This document shows positions 1 to 10,182 of a DNA stretch of 64,000 nucleotides, piece after piece; the first letter of the stretch is position 1, and each line of letters starts with the position of its first letter. The DNA comes from Hypanus sabinus (lineage: Eukaryota): the NCBI RefSeq assembly GCF_030144855.1, contig NC_082721.1:30814001-30878000 (forward strand). Direction: 5' to 3'. The notes beneath the pieces were generated by a model. It was not told where the DNA came from, did no database searches, and was given only the letters and a program-made list of their open reading frames with translations. Position numbers and translations under genes: made by a program.

Positions 1-354
1 CTTGTGCGGGCAGGTGTGTGCGCATGCGTGTACGTGCCAATCTTTTTCTACAAATCTGTTTTGTCTTAATCTTCCTGATTCTGGTAAGTGAAACTACACT
101 GTACATACATTATTTCTACTTTATAGGCTGTGTATTCATCATATCACTCCTGCTTTTACTATGTGTTAGTGTTATTTTAGGTTTTATGTGTTATTTGGTA
201 TGATTTGGTAGGTTATTTTTTGGGTCCGGGAACACTCAAAAATTTTTCCCATATAAATTAATGGTAATTGTTTCTTTGCTTTATGCCATTTCGGCTTACG
301 AACGGTTTCACAGGAACACTCTACCTTTGCAAAGGGGGGGCGGGGGGACACCTG
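1..354. mobile_element. Right end of a Tc1/mariner (Tigger/pogo-like) DNA transposon
   Basis: Ends ...ggggacacctg followed by TA (355-356), matching Tigger-type terminal inverted repeats. The left end lies outside the window. Confidence 0.6.
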
Positions 355-925
355 TACTTTACTCTCAAAGGTTAATTTATTATCCAAGTATGTATACAAT
401 ATACAACTCTGAGTTTCTCCTCCTCCAGATAGTCATGAAACAAAGAAAAACTATGGAAGTAAATTCAAAGAGAAACAGCACACATAGCTCCCTTCACAAA
501 AAAAATGGCAACATGATCATCAACCCCCTCCTCCCTCACACAAAAACGCTACAAAAAAATCAGCCTCCAAACCCCACTTTCCCCACAAAAAAGCTAACAA
601 AACCTCAGCAAGAACATTGATTCCCCCCGCAAACCACCCTCCCCGCACAAAATTGCAACAAGGACATTGGCACCAAAAACCCACTTCCACCTCAAAAACT
701 AACAAAACCTCAACAAGAACATCAGCCCTCAAACCTTTTCACCCCGCACAAAAATACATTAAGAGCATCGACCTCAAATCCCCATCCCCCGCACAAAGCA
801 AAATAACAAAAGCACAAGATCAACTCCCAAACCCCCACACCACAAAACACTCTCACGGCATATGAAGCTGCAACAGATATACCAGTGCTAAAAGGAGGCG
901 TGGAAGCATACTGAAGGACATAGGG

Positions 926-1472
926 CCTCCTCTACTGTCAAGATGAAGCCACACTCAGGTTGGAGGAACAACACCTTATATACCGTCTGGGTAGCCTCCA
1001 ACCTGATGGTATGCACATTGACTTCTCTAACTTCTGTTAATGCCCCTCCTTCCCTTCTTACCCCATCCTTGATATATTTAGCTTTTTCCCCCCTCCTTTT
1101 TTTTCTCTCTTTCTGCCCATCACTCTGCCTGTTCTCCATCTCCCTCTGGTGCTCCCCTCCCCCTTTCTTTTACCCTAGGCCTCCGGTTCCATGATCCTTT
1201 CCCTTCTCCAGCTCTGTATCCCTTTTGCCAATCACCTTTCCGGCTCTCAGCTTCACCCCACCCCACTCTGGTCTTCCCTATCATTTCGCATTTTTCCCTC
1301 CCCCTCCTACTTTCAAATCTCTCACTATCTTTCCTTTCAGTAAGTCCTGATGAAGGGTCTCGACCTGAAACGTCGACAGTGCTTCTCCTTAGATGCTGCC
1401 CGGCCAGCTGTGTTCCACCAGCATTTTGTGTGTGTTGCTTGATTTTCCAGCATCTGCAGATTTCCTCATGTT
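926..1472 (+). mobile_element. Penelope-like element 3' fragment (GIY-YIG C-terminus plus pLTR with hammerhead motif)
   Basis: 960-1040 encodes LEEQHLIYRLGSLQPDGMHIDFSNFC*, typical of the PLE endonuclease C-terminus. A pyrimidine-rich UTR follows, and the element ends ccagcatctgcagatttcctcatgtt. Near-TSD gacataggg (917-925) / gacacaggg (1473-1481). Confidence 0.8.
1344..1377 (+). ncRNA. Minimal type I hammerhead ribozyme motif (PLE-type), core intact
   Basis: gtc-CTGATGA-a-gggt(ctcg)acct-GAAA-cg-TC|gac. Stem I is gtc/gac, stem III is the palindrome ACGT, and predicted cleavage is after 1374. Confidence 0.7.
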
Positions 1473-1614
1473 GACACAGGGTTCATGTTCTTTTTTGCAA
1501 ACTTTTATCATTGGACACTTACAGTCTCCAGATTAATAGGTGTCTGAGTGGCATAAAGTTACTAAAAGCATTTTCAGCTAAACTGGATCAATATTACTCT
1601 CTAATTTTCCTTAC

Positions 1615-1797
1615 CAGGCTCTCTCTACTGACAATGAGCAAACCCCTGGCTCCATTGATTTGTGCAAGTCGCACTTTATCATAGAAAGTACAGTTTCCAC
1701 GCATCACCATGGGAATTCTGTTGTTAAATCCATGTAGGGGCACATCTGAAGGTGAGCACAGCACAGAAGATGTCAAGTCTTGGACCTGCAAGAGAGA
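1615..1797 (-). CDS. SPPL2B: Signal peptide peptidase-like 2B, coding exon 3 (PA domain)
   Basis: 183 nt, tttttcag| ... |gtaagg. Encodes SLLQVQDLTSSVLCSPSDVPLHGFNNRIPMVMRGNCTFYDKVRLAQINGARGLLIVSRESL, with the RGNCTF PA-domain motif. The gene continues left of the window. Confidence 0.93.
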
Positions 1798-1988
1798 CTG
1801 AAAAAGATCGCAATTTTTGATGCAGGTTAAACAATTTGTTGAAAATATTTTCAAAAATCCCTTTGAGTAAATCAAACCTGCTTCTAATGAAAATAACCAA
1901 CTTTACTGCATTGGGAAGTAGCAAGGAGATTCACATGTTGCCCAGATTGGAGGGTTTTAGTAATGGAAAGAGGATGGATATAAGATGG

Positions 1989-2223
1989 ACAACACACACA
2001 AAATGCTGGTGGAACACAGCAGGCCAGGCAGCATCTATAGGGAGAAGCGCTGTCGACGTTTCGGGCTGAGACCCTTCGCCAGGACCTCGTCTGAATCTGG
2101 GTCTCGGCCCGAAACGTCGACAGCGCTTCTCCCTATAGATGCTGCCTGGCCTACTGTGTTCCACCAGCATTTTTTGTGTGTTGTTGTTTGAATTTCCAGC
2201 ATCTGCAGATTTCCTCATGTTTG
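1989..2223. mobile_element. Fold-back PLE-terminus mini-element (inverted pair) inserted in a CR1 remnant
   Basis: Arms about 1989-2074 and 2099-2184 are nearly perfect reverse complements. 13-bp TSD ggatataagatgg at 1976-1988 and 2224-2236. Confidence 0.85.
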
Positions 2224-3139
2224 GGATATAAGATGGGCTTATTTTCTCTGCAGAAAGGAGATTGAGGTTGACCTGACAGAGACATATAAAATTATAAGAG
2301 GCATACAGCAAATAGTATCTCCCTCCCAAGGTAGAGATATCAAGAGGGAATAGTTTTAAAGTAAGAGGAACAAGATTTAAAAGGGAAATGAGGGGAAGGT
2401 CGTTTTAATTATGTTGAGATTGGTTGGTATCTGTTACTCACTGCAAGTGGCACAATCAGATACAATCATCACATTTAAAGTGACTTTTAGGCAGCAATTG
2501 AACTGGCACAGCATAGGATATGGACCTAATATGGGTAAGTGAGAACCAAATCATCAAAGATTCCTCCTCCTTCCCACAAACACACAGTAGTCAAATGCTG
2601 AGTTTCTCCAACAGATTGTTTTTAAACTCTATGACTATTTCTGGAATTGCACATTTTAAAATAAATATTCATATTAAAATAATACAACAATAAAAGTGAA
2701 TTATATATAAACAATCTCTCATTATGTGCTGCGTAGGAAAAATTGAAACAGACAATTGTTTCTTTTTAAAAATCAGAGCCTTTGACTAGAACAAAGAGCA
2801 TGTCTCCCCAAGAATCAAATATAGTATGGTAATTTGGCTAACTGGTCATCCTTTTTACATCAGCATAGAAAATGAACGTCAACATGTTGCACAACAGTGA
2901 AGATCCCTATGATCAATTTTGGTAATACAGAATTCTACCAAGCCTTTCAGACAGATATCTATTTCTTGATATCACACTCTTGGTGAAATCAAACAACCCA
3001 TCTATCTCTCAAAGAGATCAACAGCTGATGTACAGATCAGTATTTATCAAATAAGCTTAAAACCACATGGTTACCTAGTTTATCTTTACTCCAGTTAACT
3101 AACAAAGTTGTTGAAAGAATGGTACAGAGGGCAGAGCTT

Positions 3140-3940
3140 AGGATGATGACACCTAACGGCAATTCCTTTGCTTGAATCTTCGGAAACATCTATCTTTAAT
3201 ATCATTTTTTTCCTTTTCCGGTTTCTATTGAAGACCCTGACCTGGAGTTACATGCTGACTTTGGTTCTTTGCGGGAATGGGACCCGCTCTCAGGGCCTCA
3301 TGACCAGCCCTTTTTCGATATGTCAAAGATGCGGCCTAGAAGACCAGTGTGCCTTCAGAGTGCTGGATTTTTGTGGCTCTGGAGGCGGGTGCATTCGAGG
3401 TCGGTGTCACCACAGAAAACTAGTGTGTTGTGGGACTACATGGAAGATTGAAAGCAGCAAGCCAGCTGTTGGTTGTGTGCCCAGAGACCTGAGATCTTTG
3501 GGCACAGAGCTTGATAAAAGCGACACAACAGACTTTTAACACCATAAATCATTGTTTTGTTATGTCTCCCCTCTCGCTGCAAATCAGGGACACCTCTTTT
3601 TCTCTTATTAGAGGGAGAAAGAGAGAACCTGTGGTATGTCGATTACTGGGTGAATGAGTAGTCTTTGGGGTACTGCAAATCTGCTAGTCTTTATTGATGC
3701 TTTGCTGCACGCTTGAGTGCTTGGTGGGGTTGCCAATTTTTTTGTTGGTGGAGGGATTGATCGTTGCTTTGCTGCTGCTTATGCATGGGAGGGGGGAGCT
3801 GGGGGGGCTTTGGGATTCTAACATTTAACTGTCATTCATTCTTTGGGGGACTCCTCTGTTTTCATGGATGTTTGCGAAGAAAGAATTTCAGGATTTATAT
3901 TGTATACATTTCTCTGACATTAAATTCAACCTATTAAATG
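3140..3940 (+). repeat. Unclassified interspersed repeat with a Rex1-like 3' end
   Basis: Non-coding and compositionally distinct. Ends tgtatacatttctctgacattaaattcaacc, resembling other non-LTR tails in this window. Confidence 0.45.
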
Positions 3941-4467
3941 GAAATTTAAATTCTTCCCCTTTATAAATTGTGGATATTTTGCACAAGTAATTTGCATACT
4001 TTATAAAATGGAGTAAAACTGACATCAATCAGCTGATCAATGATATAAATCTAGGTCATTCCTAAAAGGGAAAGGTATCCAGAAGAAAGCTATGCAGAAG
4101 CAGGAGTTTATTGTTGTTGTATGTTCTATCTTCATTCTTTATGCAATTCATCATTCATGTTGAATCCATTCAGTGACATATAGAGCAGAGAAAATGGCGG
4201 TTCAGAGTAGCATCAATTGCAGGAGGGGTGGGTGGAATTATTGATATTTCAGGTCAAATCTCTGCATTGGGACCACTGCTCCCTCTCACTTTTCCCCATC
4301 AGTGGTTTATACTGCTCTCCTACCTCTTGTCACCACAACGGTGGGCATAACTAAACTGCTTCTCGTGAAAAACTGAAGAAGGTGACAAGGAACACGAAGG
4401 AACAGGTAACTTCAGATAAACTTCCACTTTAATGAAAGGGAGCAAAAGCTGACATATTTAAAAACCA

Positions 4468-4702
4468 ACATGAGTGAATCTGCAGATGCTGGAAATAAAT
4501 AAAAACACAAAATGCTGGCAGAACTCAGCAGGCCAGACAGCATCTATGGGAGGAGGTAGTGACGACATTTCGGGCCGAAACCCTTCATCAGGAGTCTGTT
4601 GCGTCGCTTTTATCGAATCCTAATGAAGGGTTTTGGCCCGAAAAGTCGTCACTACCTCCTCCCATAGATGCTGTCTGACCTGCTGAGTTCTGCCAGCATT
4701 TT
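4468..4702. mobile_element. Fold-back PLE-terminus mini-element (second subfamily)
   Basis: Inverted arms about 4509-4593 and 4618-4702, each with a hammerhead-like core. 14-bp TSD atatttaaaaacca at 4454-4467 and 4703-4716. Confidence 0.85.
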
Positions 4703-5073
4703 ATATTTAAAAACCATCTGCCTTTGAGTATCACCGAAAATTCAAATATACTTTGCAATAACCTTGAATTTCTGTTAGATGTCAAGAGCATTTCTGAAAT
4801 GCCACATGTTTACATAAATTTAGAAGCCTGAAAAATTATCCTGTGGCCTTGCAAATTATGTAACTTTCAACTCTCCCCACATCCAATCCTGAAAAGGTAT
4901 AAGTTCTGACCACACCACATCTGTGAGCATACAATAAAGTAATTGGGGTGGCGGGGCTTGAGGCAATCCAGATCCACTGTCAGAAGAACTTAAGGTACAA
5001 GAATCGTATCTGTGACATGCAGCCAGGGTGAGCTTCAGATGCAATTGCTAAATGTTACCCAAATCATACTTAC

Positions 5074-5193
5074 CGCTTTACTGAGATCGATAGGTAAATA
5101 TGCCCAGGAGGGGTTGAACTGGATACAGTAATCTTTTGTATTTCCTTGCTCCTTTTCAGACAACACGTGGACCATCCCATACTCAGACAGCAC
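5074..5193 (-). CDS. SPPL2B: SPPL2B coding exon 2
   Basis: 120 nt, tatgcag| ... |gtaagt. Encodes VLSEYGMVHVLSEKEQGNTKDYCIQFNPSWAYLPIDLSKA, matching the SPPL2B EYGMVHV...KDYCI.YNP.WA.LP.DLSKA pattern. Confidence 0.93.
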
Positions 5194-6032
5194 CTGCATA
5201 TTTCATAGCAAAATGCATCACACTAGCAGTTCCAAATATAGACAATACAAATGATACCTGCTGTGGTTAACCCAAACCCACTACTAGATCATCTGCTGGA
5301 AAAAAAAACAAAGATAACTGTGTACAATTATTCCCCTTCACATCCCTCTGAACTCTCTGATTATTTATCTGGAAAAGTTCTAACTTTATAAGATTCAAGG
5401 AATGGCTCAAAACAAGTTTTAGCATTAGAGAAAGAAAATACACATTAGATCATACCACTTGGTAATAACCAAAATTGCCAAAAGGAGAGAAGTATGGGGG
5501 GGAGGAGAGAAGAATTTTGGCAGGCGACCCTGGAAGGAGGGACATGGGCCCAAGAAGGGTGGGGTGAACACAGAGCCCAAAGGAGGTTGCAGAAAATGGG
5601 GGACTGAGGGGGCACGAACCCAGGTAATGTTGGGGGGGGGGCAAGTTGAAGGGCCCGATCCGGACTCACGAGGGATTCTAACTCCTGACCTGGGATTGGG
5701 GAAATGCAGACATGGACCACGGTAGGGGTCGCAGACTCATATGGGGGAGTAGGGGTGGTAAATGGGAAGCACAAAGGTGGACGTGACGGGTGGAAGGGAT
5801 ACGATGGAGGTTGTATTGGGGGGAGGGGCACAGACCCCTTGAAGGGTGTGTGTGTGTGGGGGGGGAAGGGACACGGACCTGGGGGTGGGAAGGAATACGG
5901 ATCCGGGAATGGGGGGACGGGGGGGGGTGCGCGGACCTGCGGTGGGGGGGGGGGGGGTGGTGGAGGTATAAGGAAGACGACACGGACAGCTGCGATCACA
6001 GGATCCGGCCCCGGGCTCGGCCGCCCGCTGAC

Positions 6033-6080
6033 CTGAGGAAGCTGCAGTGCGATCAGCAGTAGCCGTACTCCCAGCGCCAT
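6033..6080 (-). CDS. SPPL2B: SPPL2B coding exon 1 (signal peptide)
   Basis: aaaATGG Kozak context. Encodes MALGVRLLLIALQLPQ, followed by donor cag|gtcagc in phase 0 with exon 2. Confidence 0.88.
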
Positions 6081-6331
6081 TTTATAGCCCGCTCCTCCCC
6101 GCGTCCCTGCCGCGCCCACACACCCGGTCGAACCGTCCAAGGGCCAAGAGCAGCGAGGGTCGGTAACGGGGGGCGTCTGTTTACTTTCATTTACGTTTCA
6201 TTGTATTTTTTGGTCTCTAGAGCCGCTGACGGGAGACGGGCCTACGCCGGCAAACTGGCAGCCGGAACTCAGCTTGCCGGCCGGGGTTAAAGGTCTCTGC
6301 GGTTCGGAGGTCACAGGCTGCCGGCGCGGAG

Positions 6332-6337
6332 ATGGCG
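6332..6337 (+). CDS. LSM7: LSM7 coding exon 1 (MA)
   Basis: gagATGGCG|gtgagt, a consensus donor. Confidence 0.9.
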
Positions 6338-6608
6338 GTGAGTCTGGGGAGTACCTGGTGGGTGACGGGGAGTAAGGCCCCTGGGGATGGCAGAATGGAC
6401 TCTAAAACCACCCCGGGCTGCAGGGCGAGCCCAACTTTGTTCTCCTGTGTGTGTGGGCTCGTTTATGTCTGAGAGCCACCACTAGAAGCCGGTTGTTGAG
6501 CTTTGAGCAGCAACTTGGAAGAACGGTGGATTTACAGCAACGCGAGTTATCAGCGGCTCGGCCTTGTTTTATTTTACGCCATTAACAATTATATGTCTTT
6601 AAATATAG

Positions 6609-6699
6609 GATAAGGAGAAGAAGAAGAAGGAGAGTATTCTCGACCTTTCCAAGTACATAGACAAAACAATCCGTGTGAAATTTCAAGGAGGGCGAGAAG
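6609..6699 (+). CDS. LSM7: LSM7 coding exon 2
   Basis: 91 nt, tag|GAT...G|gtatcg. Encodes DKEKKKKESILDLSKYIDKTIRVKFQGGRE. Confidence 0.97.
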
Positions 6700-8384
6700 G
6701 TATCGTTTGATGATTTGTTTAATATATAATATCTCGTGTAAAATGCTTTGAGGTTTACGAAACTTTATTCTAGGAGGTGAAGTCTGAACCCCCCACCTCC
6801 ACCACCACCACCACCTCCGTCTTGGGGAGCTTGGAGAAGGAAGAATGTTGGCGGCTATGAATTAGGTGGGCAGGGTATGGGGGTGGAATTGAACAGAGTC
6901 CTTAAATATGTCATGGATGAAGTCAAGATCTTACGGCTTATTCTTCACGGCAGTAAGATATTCAAATTCATTTTTAATTGAAGGTCATTTTAAAGTCTAT
7001 GTGGATAATATATGTACTATTTGGCCCAAGTAATTCATTGTATTTAAACACTCCTTGCAGCAAACTATCTCGGGTTCTCTGAACTCAAACATAACAAAGT
7101 TTATTTTGAGTTGCCTGTTTGATTTTTTTCCCTATCTCTGCTTTTCCTGCTATTAGAAGCATTCTGTATTTTATGACAGGTTTCAACATTTTAAAGCACT
7201 CTTGGGTTAGCATTTAAGCTATCTCTTCAAGATAAACGGTAAACATACTCATTTGGCAACATATGTCACAAACTGTTAGAAAATAACCTCATGCAGCAAT
7301 GAAGTTTACCATATGGCATCCTATGACATTACTTTTGCCAATTCCTCCATTATCATTTCTATTGACCAGAAATAGTGGGACGGAGGATGGATATCCTGTG
7401 GCATAGCACTTATGTCCTGATGCCCCAAGGGCTTTTCACCATGGACAAGGCACAAATTAAAGAGTAATGTCTTATTTTCCACTTGTCTGGATGAATGCAG
7501 TTCCAATCATTTTCAAGAAGCTCAACACCATTCAGCACAAAGCAGCTCCCGTGAACCATCCCCATAAATTTACACCACTGGCTTGGCATCTGTTTTTGAT
7601 GATAGTGTACTGTAGTTGGTCAACCAGATCATTCTAGCTGGTATCTCTCAAACCAAGAAGGGTAGAGGCAGGAGATAGATGGGAAAACGCAATTTGGATT
7701 CTCTTCCAAGTTGTTCACCATCTTGATTTGAAAATATATGGCTTGTCCTTCATTGTTGCTGGATTCCCTATCTAACTGCACTGTAGGAAAAGGACTATAG
7801 CAGGTCAAGAAGATGGCTCATTGTCACATTCTTACGGGTATTTAGGAATAGATAGTAAATGAAGTTTTTTTTTCTGCAAACCGTATGTCATAAAATGAAT
7901 CAAGATTGAAAAAAATGAATAAAACTGTTGGAATTTATTTGCAAAGAATATGCCTATTCTGTACTTCTATTGCATTTTTATTTAAAATCTTTTAACAGGA
8001 GTCTGCATTACCTGAAATAGAATTGCTAAAATGGAAGTATGATTGTTTGCACTGTTGTAACTATATGTTGTAACTATGTGGTTTTGTGCAGGATGTGTAG
8101 CTTTAGTTTTTGGCCTTGTTTGTCTGGTGGGATTGGAGCTCCTTTCTGGGGAACATGCTAAGATGGTAGCGTGATATTAATACGCAGCAGCCTCTCCGGA
8201 CTCTGAATTGGGGATTGCCAAACGTTATGTGGATTTTCTGGTGTAGTCTGTTTTGTCATGTGCTTTTGTGATATCATTCTGGAGGAACGTTGTCTCATTT
8301 TTTAACTGCATTACATTTGTGGTTTCTAAATGACAATAATCTGAATATAATACTGATTGGCGTAATTTTTCTTTTCTTCCACAG

Positions 8385-8456
8385 CCAGTGGGATTTTGAA
8401 AGGGTTTGATCCACTCCTTAATCTTGTATTGGATGGAACTATAGAGTATGTGAGAG
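8385..8456 (+). CDS. LSM7: LSM7 coding exon 3
   Basis: 72 nt, ttccacag| ... |gtacga. Encodes ASGILKGFDPLLNLVLDGTIEYVR (Sm1 motif). Confidence 0.97.
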
Positions 8457-9085
8457 GTACGACAATATTCTTATAATAAACTTGCTGTAAAGAATCCACA
8501 TCACAGTGATTTAAGGGTGCAATGCATTTCGCTGCTACTTTCTAATGAAATTATAACTTTAATCCTAGCTGGGCTCTAAAATAGGGCCCTGAGTACCTTT
8601 TGCTGGATGTTATTTCATCCTATCGCCTAAGCTTTTGAAGCATTTAATCAAGTTGGTTGAGAGAAGTTCTGTGCAGTAGAAGGAGCGGAAGTGTAAAGTT
8701 TGTTGCTGAATCTGTGTAACGTTTCACAGTTAATTAGATGATAGCTAACTGCACCAGATTTGTATGGATATGTAAGGCTACCAGGATGCTAGAATCTAGC
8801 ACTGATTCATCAGTCATTACTCTTCTTAGCATACTAAAGGGAGCTTGATGCTAATTTCTAGCCTAAGCCAATAGTGAATGCTGGACGACATTGGTGCATC
8901 ATGATTCTGTACAGGGTTGAGAAGAATCGCATAGCTGTGCCGCTTCAGTGAAACATAACTAATTTTTTTCCTTAAGTGCAGGAAGTTACTTTTCCTCAAT
9001 TTGTCCAGTACTTTCTATGCCATGTTTTGTGTTGTAAAGCTGGATGCTCAGGAGCTAAAATATAATTTGTGCTAATGAATTTCAG

Positions 9086-9228
9086 ATCCTGATGACCAGT
9101 ACAAATTGACTGAAGACACACGCCAACTTGGCTTGGTTGTGTGCAGAGGGACTTCAGTCGTTCTAATCTGCCCGCAAGATGGTATGGAGGCCATTCCAAA
9201 TCCTTTCATCCAGCAGCAGGATGGTTAG
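9086..9228 (+). CDS. LSM7: LSM7 coding exon 4, to stop; U6 snRNA-associated Sm-like protein LSm7, 103 aa total
   Basis: Encodes DPDDQYKLTEDTRQLGLVVCRGTSVVLICPQDGMEAIPNPFIQQQDG* (Sm2 motif). Exon lengths 6+91+72+143 = 312 nt. Confidence 0.97.
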
Positions 9229-9548
9229 CTTGGAGACAGCTCACCACCAGATCTCAGGATTTCGATGTAGTTGATTTTATACATTAGCCAAAGCTGATGT
9301 GTTTGATGGGTCTTGTAATATCACCAGCATTGGGAGGTTTCTAAATGTGCTAAAGAGGACAAGTGGTTAGGGTGGCAAGCAAGAGTTTGTACTCTTTTCT
9401 TTATCGTATACAGATCAATCATGAACTTATTGCCAAGTTGTGTATTACAGGACTGGTTTTATTACCAGTAATCTGAGAAGTGGTGTGTTTTCACATGGAG
9501 CTAACTTCTAGAAATGAAGCAATGGCAGTGCAAATTCTGAGCTTCAAA

Positions 9549-9750
9549 GAGCAAAAAACTGCAGATTCTGGAAATTTGAAATAATAGCAGAAAATGCTTA
9601 GTAAGTCATAAAGCATCAGTGGAGAGAGAAACAGTTAATGTTTTGGATCAATGACCTTTTTCAAGGTCATTGCCTAAAACCATAATTCTTTCTCCACGGA
9701 CGCTGTCTGACTTAGTAAGTATTCCCAGTGTTTTAATGCTATTATTTCAG
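9549..9750. mobile_element. Old degenerate fold-back PLE-terminus element in the LSM7 3' UTR
   Basis: Inverted arms: tgaaataatagca/tgctattatttca, gtggaga/tctccac, and caatgacctt/aaggtcattg around 9659-9662. Confidence 0.65.
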
Positions 9751-9962
9751 GTTGCTGAGCTGCCTTGGGCACTGGAGTCATAATACACCACAAGCCCCGG
9801 CTGGAAGACTGGTGAAAAGACACTTCTGTTACAAAAACCAGCTGATTTGGAAACCTGCAGTTTTATACTTTTCATTTACATTGTTTATTTAAAATGAACC
9901 AACATTTCTGGAGCTGCCTTTTATTTTCTCGACAACTTTTATTCAATTCCTTTTTTTAAAAT

Positions 9963-10182
9963 AATAAAGCTATGTTGAATGGTTATTCCAGATGTTTGTG
10001 AATAACATTTCAGTAACTTGTGTTGGAGTCTTGCTTAGAGCTTCATTTAATGTAAGTCTCTTTTAAGATTTGGTTTGTTCCCTTGTTTACTTTTTGAAGC
10101 TGGACATGGATGTTAAACATTGTCCAATGTGTACAATAAACTTGTTTTTCCATTGTTTTGTATTGATTTTGCCTCCAATAAA
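9963..10182 (+). terminator. Candidate LSM7 polyadenylation signals
   Basis: AATAAA at 9963, 10135 and 10177, with U/GU-rich downstream sequence. Confidence 0.6.

Larger units (their letters stand above)
5930..6440. promoter_or_regulatory. CpG island / bidirectional promoter of SPPL2B and LSM7
   Basis: CpG-dense region. The divergent ATGs at 6080 and 6332 are 251 bp apart. ETS-like ccggaa near 6262. Confidence 0.8.

Noticed and set aside
1989-4702. CRISPR-like reading of repeat-spacer-repeat units
   Set aside because: The repeats are inverted and dispersed, carry TSDs and derive from PLE ends. There is no array and no cas gene, and the DNA is vertebrate.
5445-6140. 231-aa proline-rich ORF and overlapping Gly-rich ORFs
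   Set aside because: This is SPPL2B exon 1 read through into a G/C-skewed intron; only 6033-6080 is coding.
7415-7426. tcctgatgcccc, resembling the antizyme (OAZ1) +1 frameshift site; OAZ1 is near LSM7 in human
   Set aside because: It lies within LSM7 intron 2, with no upstream antizyme ORF1 context and no downstream pseudoknot or ORF2.
8457-9085. Possible intronic snoRNA in LSM7 intron 3
   Set aside because: I could not identify convincing C/D boxes with a terminal stem or a two-hairpin H/ACA fold by eye.
9802-9815. tggaagactggtga, resembling the 5' part of miR-7
   Set aside because: The match stops after 14 nt and there is no complementary arm.
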